Shown here piece after piece: positions 38,133-59,553 of a stretch of 64,000 bases of DNA (positions are counted from its first letter, which is position 1; each line of letters begins with the position of its first letter). The notes under the pieces were generated by a model, which did not search any database, had not been told where the DNA came from, and saw nothing but the letters and a program-made list of their open reading frames with translations. The position numbers and the translations under genes are program-made. The stretch is from Phaeosaccion multiseriatum (taxonomy: Eukaryota; Protista; Ochrophyta, other classes): NCBI GenBank assembly GCA_965112735.1, contig OZ218952.1, forward strand, positions 3,410,001-3,474,000, read 5' to 3'.

Positions 38133-39638
38133 GGGTGAGGACGTACCGTGCGAAGCTTCGTGAGCTCACGTACGTGCCTGCCCATCGCCTGACCGTATGC
38201 CTCTCTGACGGCCCAAATGCCTACCTTCCTGCCTGCCTGCCTGCCCACATGCCGGCCTGTATAGGTGGGTATCGCCGCTCCATTCGAGAGAGTGGCGGTG
38301 ATGGACCTCGCCCCTCGCGTCGGTGACCCTCCCACCTTCCGTCTCTACATGGAGGTGAGCGAGGGGAGGGGAGAGGAGGGGAAGGGAGGGGAGGGGAGGG
38401 GAGGAGAGGGCAGGGCAGGGGAGGGCAGGGGAAGGGAGGGGAGGGGAGGGCAGGGGAGGAGAGGGCAGGGGAAGGGAGGGCAGGGCACGGAAAGGGAAGG
38501 AGGGGGGCTTGTGGAGGGCTTACGTATCGTTAGCGCGGGAGTGCCTCCCTTCTGTCGCACCTCGTGTATCTGACGTGGTCCTATTTTCTCATCTTTCTCT
38601 CTCTCTGACTCACACTGACTCCAACTCCAACTTTTCTCTCTCTGACTCCAACTTCACCTTTCTCTCTCTAACTCCTCCTTGTTATTTTCTCTCTCTCCCT
38701 CTGTTGTGTGTATGTGTGTGTGCGTGTGTATGTGTATGTGCGTGTGTGTGTTATTCCTTCAGGTCATGGCGGCTCGGAGCAACTTGGTCGTTGTCTCGGT
38801 GGATGAAGGGGGGGCAGAGACCGTCGCAGCTGCCAGCTACCAGGTCAAGTAATAATAGAGGGTGGAAAGTAGATGGAAAATTGGAACTCGAGGCTATACG
38901 TTTCTTAACATAGAGCTCCAGCACCCCACTTCCCCTCCCCTAACTCCTTCGTCGCAGCCAATCTCTCTCTCTGTATATATACATGAGTGCATCCTTGGCA
39001 TGGGGGAGAGAGGGAAAGTTATATTCAAGTCCAGCCCCCTCTACGTTCTCTCTCTCTCACATATACACACACGCACACACTCCCTCTCTTTCGCTCTCTT
39101 CCTCTCTCTCTCCACAGGTGAGCCCATCCTCGAGTATCAGGCCCATCGCTGTGGGTCAGCCCTATGCCCTCCCTCCGCCCCTCACCGCTCGGAAACCCTC
39201 GCTGGAGGAGGATCTGCCCACGCTGAGAGAGTACGTTGGGAGGGTACCCAATTTGTCCTTCAAGAAGGCCCTGCTGTCGTGCTACCAGGTAGGTAGGGAG
39301 GGAGAGAGGGAGGGGGGGAGGGAGGGAGGGAGGGAGGGAGGGGAGGAGGAGGAAGGAGTGAGGAGAGAGCGAGGCCGGCCACTGATCAACGTAGCCATGT
39401 CTGTCTCCCTCTGTCGGGTGCCATCTGATGGTGCTGCTGCTACCGCTGCTCTGTTATGTGCCACCAATTGCTGTGCTGTGCGGTGCAGGGGGTGAGTCCT
39501 ATGCTTGTGAACTGCATGGTGGAGGCCCTGGAGGGGGTGAGGCCCTCTACCAAGGTGGGCGAGCTCACGGACGGGCAATGGGAGAGCTTCTACACGGGGC
39601 CCTGGACGCGTTGGTTACAGTGTGTATACAGCAGTAGT

Positions 39639-39673
<35 letters not shown>

Positions 39674-41818
39674 CAGTAGCAGCAGCAGCACCGAGCTTCC
39701 CGGTAGCGATGCAAACAGCGACAGCCTCGACGGCAGCAGCGGAGACAGCAGCTGTAGCGAAGGCCATGGCCATCCGCTACCATCCGCCGCCCTGTTTCCT
39801 TGGTGCTCCGATGACGGCAGCGTGTACTATCCCATCGACTTCTTGGCAGGGATGGGGAGGGACAGCCTGCAGGCCAGGACCACACACGCCAGGTCAGGGG
39901 TCGGGTGGGGTGGGTGGGTTGGGGTGAGGGGTGAGGGGTGAGGTAGACAGTCACTGACTACACTTCTCTGCCGCTCGTTCATTCGTTCTCAAGTGACCAC
40001 CCCACCCAACTTCATCCGCCCCATATTAACTCTCTTTTGGTGGGGGTGTGGGGCTTCGGCGCTGAAGCTCTCTCACTCACGCTCTTACTCACTCAGTTCG
40101 CTCAGTCAGTCATGCAGACACTCACTCAGTCACTCATCCACTCAGTCACTCACTCCCTCACTCAGTCCCTCGGTGACTCACTCCCTCACTCACTCACTCA
40201 CTCACTCACTCACATACGTACTTACCACTATCTCCCCCCCGTCATTCCCTCTGTGCGGCATGCCCTACGTAACAGGCTGCAGGGGGCGCTCAACACATAC
40301 TACGGCTCTCGACAGGCCACAGAGGCCTTCGGAGCCCTGCACAGGCGCTGCTCAGCCAAGATCGAGGCCGTGCTTGCCAAGGTATTGACGCACTTGCAGT
40401 TTGAGATGGACTTTTAGGCTAGTAGAACGTACCCAACATGGATCCATGAAGAGCAGCTTTGGATCCCCCAAGAGACCAACAATGTCGATGCTCGTCACAT
40501 CGACTCGGCCTGTCCGCTCCATTTGCTTCTATCTATCCACTCCTTCTGTCTGTGCCCATGCCAACCACGGAACCCGGTAGGTGCGGAGTCGAGTGGAGGA
40601 CTTTCGGCCTCAGGCGGATGAGCAGAGCCTCGACAAGACGGTGAGGAGGGGGAGGGGGAGGGGAGGGGAGGGGAGGAGAAAGGAGGGAAGCGCATCATGG
40701 GGTGACTGACTGGACTAGTCCAATTCACTGTGCCTCAATTAATCGATCATTTTATATCAGATCGCGGAGCTCAATATGAAGGGCGACTTACTCACCACCT
40801 ACGGGCACTCGTGGAAGAAGGGCGACGCAACAGTGCTCTGCTACGACTTCGTTACAAACGAGCCCATCAAGGTGAAGGTTATGGAGGACAAGACTGCTTC
40901 AGAGACGGCGCAGCATTTCTACAAACAGGCCAAGAAAAAAAAGAGGGGCGGGGAGTTCGCGAAGGAGCTCTTTAGGGACGCAGAGACGAAGCTGTTGTAT
41001 GCCGAGGGGGTGGAGCTCGCACTAAGGCAGCTGCAGGAGTCCAGAGCTAAGGCAGTTGGTGATACGGCAGCGACAGTAGTTGGTAATACAGGAGGAGGGA
41101 GGAAAGAAGTTGGGTCTTCTTCCGCGGCCGACGCTGCCCAAGCAGACTTTCTTGTGCTGAGGGGCATTGCCGAAGAACTGGGCATAGAGAACAAGGGAGG
41201 GGGCAGCAGCAGGAAAGATCAGCAAACCTTTGTGGACCTGTTTGGTACCAAGGGCGTCCAGGCCGGCACCGTGGAGAGGAAGGGTGCTGTCGCAGCAAGG
41301 CAAAAGCAACAGGGCAAGAGCAAGAAGAATCGCAACAAGGGAGGTGGGGGGAAGCGAGGAGGAGGGAGGGGAGGCGGGGGAGGGGGAGGAGGGAAGCAAA
41401 AGAAGCCTACAGCAGAGGGGCTGCTCGCCTTCCAGCGAACGAGAGAGGCCCCCACGGTGTTGGTGGGGCGTAACAACCAACAGAATGAGGTCATCACACA
41501 CGGGCTGGCGAGGGATCACGAGATGTGGTTCCATGCTCGAGGGGTGCCTGGCTCGCATGTGAGTAGATGGAGGGGAGGGGGAGAGAGAGAGGGGAGGGGA
41601 GGGAGGGAGGGAGGGAGGGAAGAAGGAAGGAAGGAAGGGAGGGAGGGAGGGCAGAGTGAGAGGGTGAGTCACAACGCACAAACGCACACCCCACTGACAC
41701 ACGCCTTCCGTCCCGCCTCACAATCACAAATGGCACAGGTGCTCTTACGTCTGCAGCCTGGACAGGAGGCCGACAGCGCCGACGTGCAGGTGTATGTGTG
41801 TGTTTGTGTGTGTGTGTG

Positions 41819-41856
<38 letters not shown>

Positions 41857-42436
41857 TGGGTGGGTGGGTGGGTGGGTGTGCGTGTGCGTGTGTGCGAAGT
41901 GTCAAACTCAAACCCGTCCTTTTTTTCTATTTCTCCCTCGCCTTCCTTGGGCATGAATGAATGAACTAAAGCATTTCCTTCCTCTTTTCATTGTGCCACA
42001 CACATCGCATCACGATCCGACATCTTACGTGACATTACGGAACGCGATATCGCGCACCCACGACATGCAGTTCGCAGCGGACTTGGCGGTGTTCTTCAGC
42101 AAGGGCAGATTCGACTCCAAAGTCGATGTCGATGTGGTGGAGCCCAAGGCCATCAAGAAGGTCGCCGCTGGTGAGAGTAGGCAAGGAGGGCAAGGGTAAC
42201 GGTATTCTTCGCTATTCCTTCACCACCCCCTCCCCCCTCTGATTCCCTCTGCTCCTCCTGTCTTCCTACCTGCCTGTCTCCCTGCCTGCCTGCCTGCCCC
42301 TATGCTCATACACTTACCTGCCCATACGCCTGCAGCTGGCCCTGGTGCGGTTTGGTTTCCCTCCGAGCGCTCCAAGGTCATCACAGGAGACCCCTATCGC
42401 GTGGAGAGCGCTAAAGCTATGGACCAACAGCAGTAG
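36656..42436 (+). CDS. rqcH: Bacterial/cyanobacterial-type NFACT protein (RqcH/FbpA), probably organelle-targeted, multi-exon
   Basis: Motifs [43 protein letters not shown]|[49 protein letters not shown]|VLLR and [14 protein letters not shown] long N-terminal extension is present; the start codon is uncertain. Confidence 0.88.
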
Positions 42437-42764
42437 CAGTAGAGGTTACAGCTCTGGACCAACAGCAGAGCTATGGGGATGGGGGGACCAACAGCAGTAG
42501 CCAGTAGCCAGCGGTTGGGAGGAGGGGTAGTGTGGTGGTGCGGTGTGAGAATTTGGATTGTTGTAAGTTGCCAGTTTTTGAAGTACGACACCTTCCCATT
42601 GATTGATTAGGCTCATCAGCAGATGAGGAAGGAAAAAAATTGGCCCTTCTCTTTAGTTTAAAATTTGTACATGATGGTGCATGTGTCGCGCACCTTTCAT
42701 CTTCACAGTTGGCGGCGATACAGGCTCTGCATACGCACCCCTCACATCGCCACAAGGCTCCTTC

Positions 42765-42809
<45 letters not shown>

Positions 42810-43128
42810 GGTAGGTGGGGCCTTCGTGAAGCACGATGCGAAGGGTGAAGAGGTGCTCCGTAGGAGGAAGAGGTGCTCCGTAGGAGGTTGCGAGCACGAA
42901 TCAGGTCGTCCCTATATTCTCGTAGCCCTCCATATGACACCGCTTCATCAACACACGCTGCGGCACGCAGACCCCACTGATAGCACGTCCCGTGCGTACC
43001 CCCTTCCGTTCCCCCATGCTTCACCAGTTGGTTCTCCAACCTTATCCACAGACGTACATGTATCTTGTGGCTCTGCAGCCCCCTCCCTATCAATACAGAC
43101 ACATTCTCCTCCCAAGCCATCCATATCT

Positions 43129-43167
<39 letters not shown>

Positions 43168-43239
43168 GTCATCTCTCGCATCCCCCTCTCTCCCCACTCA
43201 ATATTCTCCATCCCTCAGCGGCGGTGTGCGGATGGCACA

Positions 43240-44355
43240 TCAAAACAAAGCGTCCATGATGGCAATCCCCGCAGCAGCAGTCATAAACGTCCCCAACCCC
43301 GCCGCCGCGAAGCTGCTCGAGGACTGACGACGTCTCTTCTTCTTTGCAAACTTGTGGCGCTGAATACGCCCCAGCTGCGTGTTTTGGTTGGGCAGGATGA
43401 CTGCAGAGTCCGTTATGCTGAAGCGGTTAGCGGGGTTGAAGGCCTGGGACGTGGACATTTGAGGGTACTGTTTGAAGCCTTTGCGCTTGAGGTTGACGCG
43501 GATTTGCTCGAGTATCTGTTGAGGTTGAGCAGGGGGGGGGGGGAGAGGAGAGGAGAGGAGGTTAGAGGAGGAACAGATGCAAGCAAGAAGAACGAAGAGG
43601 GAGGGGCGAGGGAAAAGGAGCATCGTGACGAGTTAGGATTTCATGCCTCCCACCACCTCTGCGAAAAGACACCAGGAAGCAGAGATAGAAAGAGAGAGGG
43701 AGTAAGTCAGCAAGAAAATACGTCAGCAAGACATTACCTGGGGGTAGGTGGGGTCTCGAAGCTGCTCCATGGCTGAGATGAAGGCGTTGGTCATCGCCCC
43801 GCCCTTCTTGAACAGGCGGATGTCGCCATCTGCAGAGGTTTGGTCGTCCATGCAGCCGCTCAGCAGCTGCGCACAGGGGGGGGCGGGGGGGTGGTAAGTG
43901 ACACGGAGAGGAGAGAAAGAGGGGAAGAGACAAGAAAGCGAGAGAGAGAGAGGGAGAAAGAGAGATAAGGAAGATGGAAGGCAAGTCAGGCCCAACGAGA
44001 GAGAGACACACACACAACACACCGGACAGAGAGAGAGAGAAGAGGAGACAGAAAAGAGAAAAGAGACGCTACACTATTTATACACAAGCCCGACGCAGCA
44101 CCTGCGTGTCCCCTGCTGAGTGACAAGGGTTGATGTCCTCTGTCCACTTGTGTGTGCGCGTGTTGAGTGTGTAGGGAAGGTCCATACCCGTCCCCGAGTG
44201 ACAGCAGTCCATCACGGCGGTCAGGCGCACCCCGGGGGGCACGGGATACACCAACATGTCAAAGATGGTCTGTGGGTACATTGTAGTAAGAGAGAGGAAG
44301 GCATACGGTACAAGTAAGGTGGCAGGAGGATATTCGTCTCTCCCTCCCCGCCGTG

Positions 44356-44392
<37 letters not shown>

Positions 44393-46128
44393 CACACACT
44401 CATACTGTCAAACACCCAGCCCCCCAGCCCATTCCCTCCATCACTCACTCCCTCACTCCCTCACTCCCTCACTTCTCACTTTGTCAACGATCGAAACACC
44501 TACCCCCCAGCTCACTTCCTCCCTCCCTCCCTCCCTCCCTCCCTCCATCACTCCTTCACTCAGTCTCTCACATTGTCAACGATCTGGCCGGTCCTTCGGA
44601 AGTCGAGTGGCAAGATGGTCTCGTCATATCCGTCGTCCTCCATCCCAGTTGCGTCGAGCTGCTGGCCGCCATGCCCCGAGTAGTGAAAGAACGCCATGTC
44701 TCCGGCCTCGAGCCCCCCCACCAGCCACTGAAACGCCTGCGGTGAGTGAGTGGGGCATTGAGCGGGGGAGTGGGTGAGTGAGGGAGTGAGTGACTGAGTT
44801 GAGTGAGGGGGTGAGTGAGGGGGTGAGTGGGTGAGTGAGGGAGTGAGTGACTGAGTTGAGTGAGGGGGTGAGTGAGTGACTGAGTTGAGTGAGGGGGTGA
44901 GCGAGTGAGTGACTGAGTGGAGATTGAGTTAGGAACGAGGATTGTTTGGTGTTTGAAAGTAAAGAAAGTCAGTTTAGAAAGGGGTGGTGGTGGGGAGGGG
45001 AAGGGGAAGGGGAAGGGGAAGAGGGGTCAATAAACCTGAAACCGCAAGCGGACCTGCAGTATGTTGGCCTTGGTGGGCTGCAGGCGGCGGTCCCTCTGCT
45101 TGTCGTGCAGCATCATGAGTTCTCGGTAGCCGAGCGAGATGAGCAGCTGTTGCATGTGCTCCACGTCGTTGATACATCCGTTGAGCTGCGCGCTGGTGCC
45201 GGTGTAGTTGATGCCTGGGGCAGGCGAGAAAGTGACGTGGGGGGGGGGAGAGAGGGTGTGTGGTCGTGTTGTTGGGTAGTGAAGTGTGTGGGGTTGGGCA
45301 GTGTAACGCACAAAACAGGAGGGGGGAGGGAAGGGGTGGCGTGGGGAAGGGTGAGGTGAGTGGGACGTGAAGGGCGATGAGACAAAAAGCTCCCTCCGCT
45401 ACGAGTGAGTATCATCAGCCGAGCGAGACAAGAAGAAAAACCTTTGCAAGTGAGCGCCCCAAGAATGAGCGCAAAATAAACATGAAAACAGTCCCCACCA
45501 GTCCTGACCAGCAGCCCCACTTTTCCCTCCCTCCCTCTATATCAACCAGCGCCCCATCCAAACAACTCGGATGCATATCCTCACTCCTCCCTCGCTCACC
45601 AATGAGCAAAGCTCTCCTCCTCCGGCTGCGTCCCACCGGGGGCCTTTGCTGCTGCGCTAACGGGGCAGGCATGGCCAAGGGCACAGGTTGCCATTGCCCA
45701 CCTGCTTGTCCCTGTCCAGGCGCCATCTGCTGCTGGTGAATGGGCGTCTGGGAGGTGAGCGCCTGCAGAGGAGGGGCGCTGGGTACGACCGCAGCAGCGG
45801 ACAGGCGCTGCCCCTGCTGCTGCCGGACCGAGGGAATGGGGGCGGGGCGAGTCCAAGTTGTTGTCTTGTCTTTGTGGTTGAGGTAATAGGACCTGCCGGT
45901 GCCTGGGTCTTTCCGCTCCTCCCAACCTGGCGGGAGTGCGGCGGGCGCAGGCGGGGGGGCCGTGGGTCGGCCACGATTCAGCTGCTGCTGCTGCTGCTGT
46001 TGGGGCGGCTGGGGGACGTAGTATTGCTGCTGCTGCTGCTGCTGCGGCTGTGGTACGTAGTACTTCTGCTGCCCATATGCCTGTTGCTGCTGAGGTATGC
46101 CCCGAGAGGTGATGTCAGCGCCGCTGGC
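43240..46128 (-). CDS. MCA: Type I metacaspase with Gln/Pro-rich N-terminus containing a WW domain (start exon not resolved)
   Basis: RRRALLIG|[17 protein letters not shown]; [10 protein letters not shown] (catalytic His); [15 protein letters not shown] (catalytic Cys); [12 protein letters not shown]; GGAMTNAF; QYPQMS. WW domain: [31 protein letters not shown]. Confidence 0.92.
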
Positions 46129-47558
46129 CTGGAGAGGGCGAATGGAGTGGGGGGAAGGAAGGGGGGTTAGGGGCGACGGAGGGAGGCAGAGTTGGTTGCT
46201 TTCGTACAACAGAGACAGACCCTTGGTGGGTTGGTTGATTGGTTGGAAGCCTGTCTATACACAAGACTGAGCTTAAGCAGAGCGAGATTCCTTGCTTTTC
46301 AGTAATGTGCCAGCCCGTGTCTTCGTTCTGCCTCGCGTTGACCCGCTTACCAGTCCACGCCACCCCCTTCAATCATGGTTTTCTTCCTCCTACTCACCTC
46401 ATATTGCTGCTGCTGCTGCTGCTGATTACGTGCATGAACAGAGGCGGCTTTGTCGTCGCCGCCGACGTCTATGGAGGGAGTGGAAAGCGGCGAAACAGTG
46501 GAGCGAGAGGGAGGGATGGGTGAACTGCGTGGAGTAGCGAAAGTTGTGTCTGGGATGAAGCAGCTAAGGCCTAGTGCGATCGATGCAGAAGGAAATTGAA
46601 GTTCCGTGACTAAGTTCTTTCGCCTGAGTGGCCCTCCAAAAGGGCCACCCTTGTCTCCCTACAACTCCCCCCTTTTCTCTCCATTCCTCTCTCCCGAGCG
46701 GGAGCGCCACTGACGTTAACCTATGCGTGAACTCTCTACTACTGACGGCGAAAGAACAGTTTCCACCGGGGTGGAAAGAAGGACCTCCTCTCGTCCCGTC
46801 CTCTACTTTCCGCACCTCTCTGTTCCAAGTTGGGGATTCGCCCCTGCCTGTAGCCGATACCCATCCCCCCTATCCTTGCGAGAAACACAGATGGGAACAC
46901 AACAGACTCCAGACAATGATTGGGTGCTTCTAGAGGGAAGACTGGAGGGCTTCACAGGGAAGAGGGGAGAAAGTGGACCGGACAGGTTATTGACTTACGT
47001 GTGTGATTTACTTCTGTTTGGTCGTTTCCGATTTCCCGCCACCCCCTGTACCCCTGCCTCCCTGTTTCCTTCCTTCTCTCCCTCCCTCCCTCCCTCCCCC
47101 CCTCCGTCCCTACCCCCTCCCTTCCTCCCTCCCTCCCCGCCCCCCTCCCCCTCTGTTCGTGGCTGCTGGTGCCTTCGTCCGTCCTGAGCTTCTCCTCGCC
47201 TCCTCATCATCATCCTCCTCCTCCTCCTCCTCACATGGATCTCTTGTTGTATTGCAGCTTGACTGTTGCTTCACTGGCTGGCGTCCGCTGCTGGTCCCTT
47301 CGCCTTCTCCCCGAATCTGCTGGCTGCTGGCGTGACGACGGAGACTGTGTGTACACGGAAACCCTTTCTGAAGCAGAGCCGAGGATTGGTCGCACCCAAT
47401 TGAGTCAATATGAAGGTGAAAGGTGAAAGAGACTGGGGGATCATGGTGGTGACTGGGGCCATCAGCAGTGCCAGTCCAGCCCCGGCCGGCCTTTGTTGGG
47501 TCATAGCTACACGGGTTGGGGAGTTATGGCATTGAAAAGGCCGGCCAAAAAAATTTTC

Positions 47559-47582
47559 CGCTGTCAAAAGACTTTGACAGCG
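47559..47582. promoter_or_regulatory. Spaced palindrome in the metacaspase/SecA divergent region
   Basis: CGCTGTCAAA-AGAC-TTTGACAGCG, perfect 10-bp arms. Confidence 0.35.
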
Positions 47583-48125
47583 CGAAACAGGCCTATACAT
47601 CGCATCCTCCCCCACGCAGCCACGGCTTGCTTCATCAGTCCTTCAGCCCTTCAGCTGTTTCCCACTTCTCGCCACACAAAGGTACTGCGAGCACATCTGA
47701 CCTGCTGAGATGCTCAGAGTATCGACGTCACTGACAGGTCCTCTCTCTAGTAGATATACACCACCGCCCTGAAGCGTCCACTCGCATCCCCTCAGCAGTG
47801 GCTGGCACTGGGCTGGAAAAAAGAGAGAAGGAGCAATCCCATTTTTGAAGTCGAGGGGGAGATGTATGAGAAATTCACTGACATACTTTGTATGATGACT
47901 CACGATCCTGTTTTTGTCTTTTCAACATTTCAGCTCCATCTATCTGCGTTACAGCGCTGCTTGGTGGCGTCTTTACACTCTTTGCCCCGTCTCTGTGCTC
48001 TTGCATAGAGGAGGGAGGAGGAACCACGCAGGAAGGAGTCGACGTGGCGGCAGAGGGGAGGACAAAAGGGCACTGGGTGAAGGGAAGATAAAGGGCTTTT
48101 TCCAAAGGTCCCTCGTGTACCTACC

Positions 48126-56634
<8,509 letters not shown>

Positions 56635-56913
56635 TGACTGGGTCCCTCAAATTCCGATAAGGCTCACGTCTGCTTGAGTCTCTACTGGATGAGTTGTTGG
56701 ACCGGTTGACTAGCTACTAGCCTTGGCAGCAATCCTTCTGGGAGCATTGGCAGCGGCAGCGGCAGGAGGACGAGTGAAGGGAGGTGAAGAGGGGGATGGG
56801 GTGGAGAGGGGAGGGGAGAGGAGATGGGGGTGGTTGAGGTGCCCCGGGGTGGGGGGAGAGGGGATGGGATGAAACGGGCATGGATAGACTGGCCGGGTGA
56901 TAGACATAGAGAT

Positions 56914-56962
<49 letters not shown>

Positions 56963-57267
56963 AGAGAGGGGTCGTCGGGCGGGCTGTCCAGGTATGGGAA
57001 AGGGGGGCGCCTTGGCAGCAAAGCAAAAGGCATGCTTTCTTTGCTGTTGAGCGGCGGGGCGGCAGCAGAGTCATATTACTATATATATAGGGAAAGAAGC
57101 TCGTTGAGTGAATTAATGAATTAAAATGAATATACATAGAGAGCACAGCAGCAAGACCTTTCCTCTTCCCTGCCCGTCCGTCCGTCCTCCCGCACTCCCA
57201 CCGCTGCGCCGCACTGCCGAGGGCCTCCCCTCCCGACTTATTCATTCAAGCCCCCCGACTTATTCAT

Positions 57268-58363
57268 TCAAGCCAGCGACTTGGAAAGAAGGGACGGAGG
57301 GACCAGCGACAGACACCGCAGACATACGGACGGACACGACACACAGACAGACAGACGATCTCCCTCCTGAGCAATTGCTGACAAGAATAGGCTGCGGCCC
57401 CTCTGTTCCCTTGAAGCGAGCTGGCCCGCCCCGCGCCCGCGCACACAGCCGAGGTAGCTACGCCTCGACCTGCCCTGCCCTTCGCCCTGGTAGTCCAAGT
57501 ACTTTCCACTCTGTGCATTGCTCGTGAGGCAACACATCCCTCTGCCACCTTCCTCGACCTTCCCACCCGCGGCGCTCCCACAAACGCCTCTCTGGCTGGC
57601 TCCCAACGCACTCTGCCTGACACTCTCACTCTGCCACGAGCCACGAGCGGCGCCCCTCGCACTTCATGATAGTGATCACGCGGTAAGCAAGGACTGCCTC
57701 GCCCGCTTGAGCTTGCCTGACTCGCTCAGAATCGCCCCGGCGGCGGCATAGCGGCATCCCTTTGTCTTTGTTTGCCCAGCCAGCCAGCCAGGCCAGTCCT
57801 CGTGGGGCCGGCCCTCGTGGTCAGCTCGCTCATAGTCTCATGGCTCATTCTCAGCCAGGTTGGCAGTAGGTGGCTGGATTCCTCCGTGCCCCGGCCAACA
57901 AGGCCTTGCAGAATGGCTCAAAACAGTAAAGTGGGCGATGAACTCATGCAGCTCCTGCTCGTAGTCGTCCTCCTCGGGGTCTTGAAGGACGAGTGCTCTG
58001 GAGGTTCCGTCGTCCTCCCCTCCCCCGCTGTTCCCGCCCCCGCTCTTCCCGCCCCCGCTGGATGATCTGCCAGTCTTGCGAGGCGGTGTTTTCCCCATAT
58101 CGCTGCGTGATGGGGCGGGAGACGGCTGCCACTTGGAGCATGATGAAGACTGAGACTTCCTCCAGCTCTTCGGGCTCTTGCCAGTACTCATACATGCTGC
58201 GGAGCGCTGCGGACGTTGGAAGATCCAAACGGTGTAGGGTATTCTTTAGCACCTCCGCTACGTACAACACACAGTACAGGGCGGGTGCCAAGCGGGATTC
58301 CTCAGTAGTGGCACGCTGCCTCTTGCTGCCTGTGGCCACGGCTCCTTGTGATGTGATGCTCAT
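57268..58363 (-). pseudogene. Probable degenerate F-box-containing gene
   Basis: N-terminal VAEVLKNTLHRLDLPTSAALRSMYEYW is F-box-like. Coding-like sequence continues across frames (57838-58191, 57264-57662) with stops and frameshifts and no intron signatures. Confidence 0.35.
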
Positions 58364-59553
58364 CCCCTCGGGGACCCCTTGGGCCTATAACGAGCTGAAG
58401 CTAAAAAAGGGGGGGGGGGGGCACTTTGTACACCACCTTGTACGCAAGCACAACGCTCAGGCACCGATCTTTTCACTTTTCCATCAGCCCACAGCGACAC
58501 CACCTTCTCGAGACCAAACGCTCTCCTTGACTTTGAGTCCCCCTCAAGAGCTTTTCCTCCCCTCACACCAGCCATCATACCACTGCTCTCAACTCTCCTC
58601 AGCTATTTGAGAGCGGGAGGGTCTTCGTCGTCTCTCAAATGAGAACACGTTTGCCTGTGGTGAGAGGGGCACCTGTCCACCTGTGTCATAGCCATGCCCA
58701 ATGCCGAGTCAGTCCGACGCTGGAGGTCCAACTGTCAACTCGGGGTTAGCTAAGGCCTTGCTTCTTGGCCGCTAGTCTAAAAGCAAGGCATCGACCGAGA
58801 GGAGGTGCAATGCCGTGCTGTGCTGGTCATTGTAGCTGGCGCAAGTCAAGGGGCGATGTACTGCCCTTCTCCAAGATCAGACTCGTTCTCTTTGACAAGT
58901 ATGTGGCTTGGAGGTGGAGGGAGGAACCGACGGACCAGCTCACGCCGCTTCCGCAATTTGTAAGTAGGATCTATGTATGTACATTAACAGGTGCAGATAA
59001 TAGCGCTTCCAGCGCTGACAGTGTAGTATGGGCTCGATGATTCGCGCCAGGCAGCGCACAAAACAACACCGAACCCCTTTCTCCTCTCTGCTTCCCTCCA
59101 CCTCCTCCTCCTCCTCCTCCTCCTCGTTCATGCCTTGGCTGCCCCGCTGAGGTTAGCCAAGCTAACAGTTTTGTCTCAACCCTCCAGCCCCCCCAACCCC
59201 GCTTTCTCCTCTCCCTTACCCCCCCCCCCGCGCCAGCTACTGCCGCACCCCCTCGCTCGCTGACGGACTCTTCGTCTCCGCCTCCCTCCTCCGTACTACT
59301 GTATGATGTAGCCCTACCCTCCAAGCTGTCAACCTCGCAGCTCGCAGGCAGGCTCCATCCCATCGCCCAGACAAAGAGCGCCTCCATCAGACGATCGACA
59401 TCATAGCAATCGATCCGTCAAATGTCAAGGACAAGGCAGATCGGCCAGTCTATCCAAAAGTCGACCTGCCTGATCGATCAAACGTCGATCAAAACGTCCT
59501 CGACGCACACTGTCGACCTGATCCATGAATCTAAAAGTGGACAGGATGAACGA

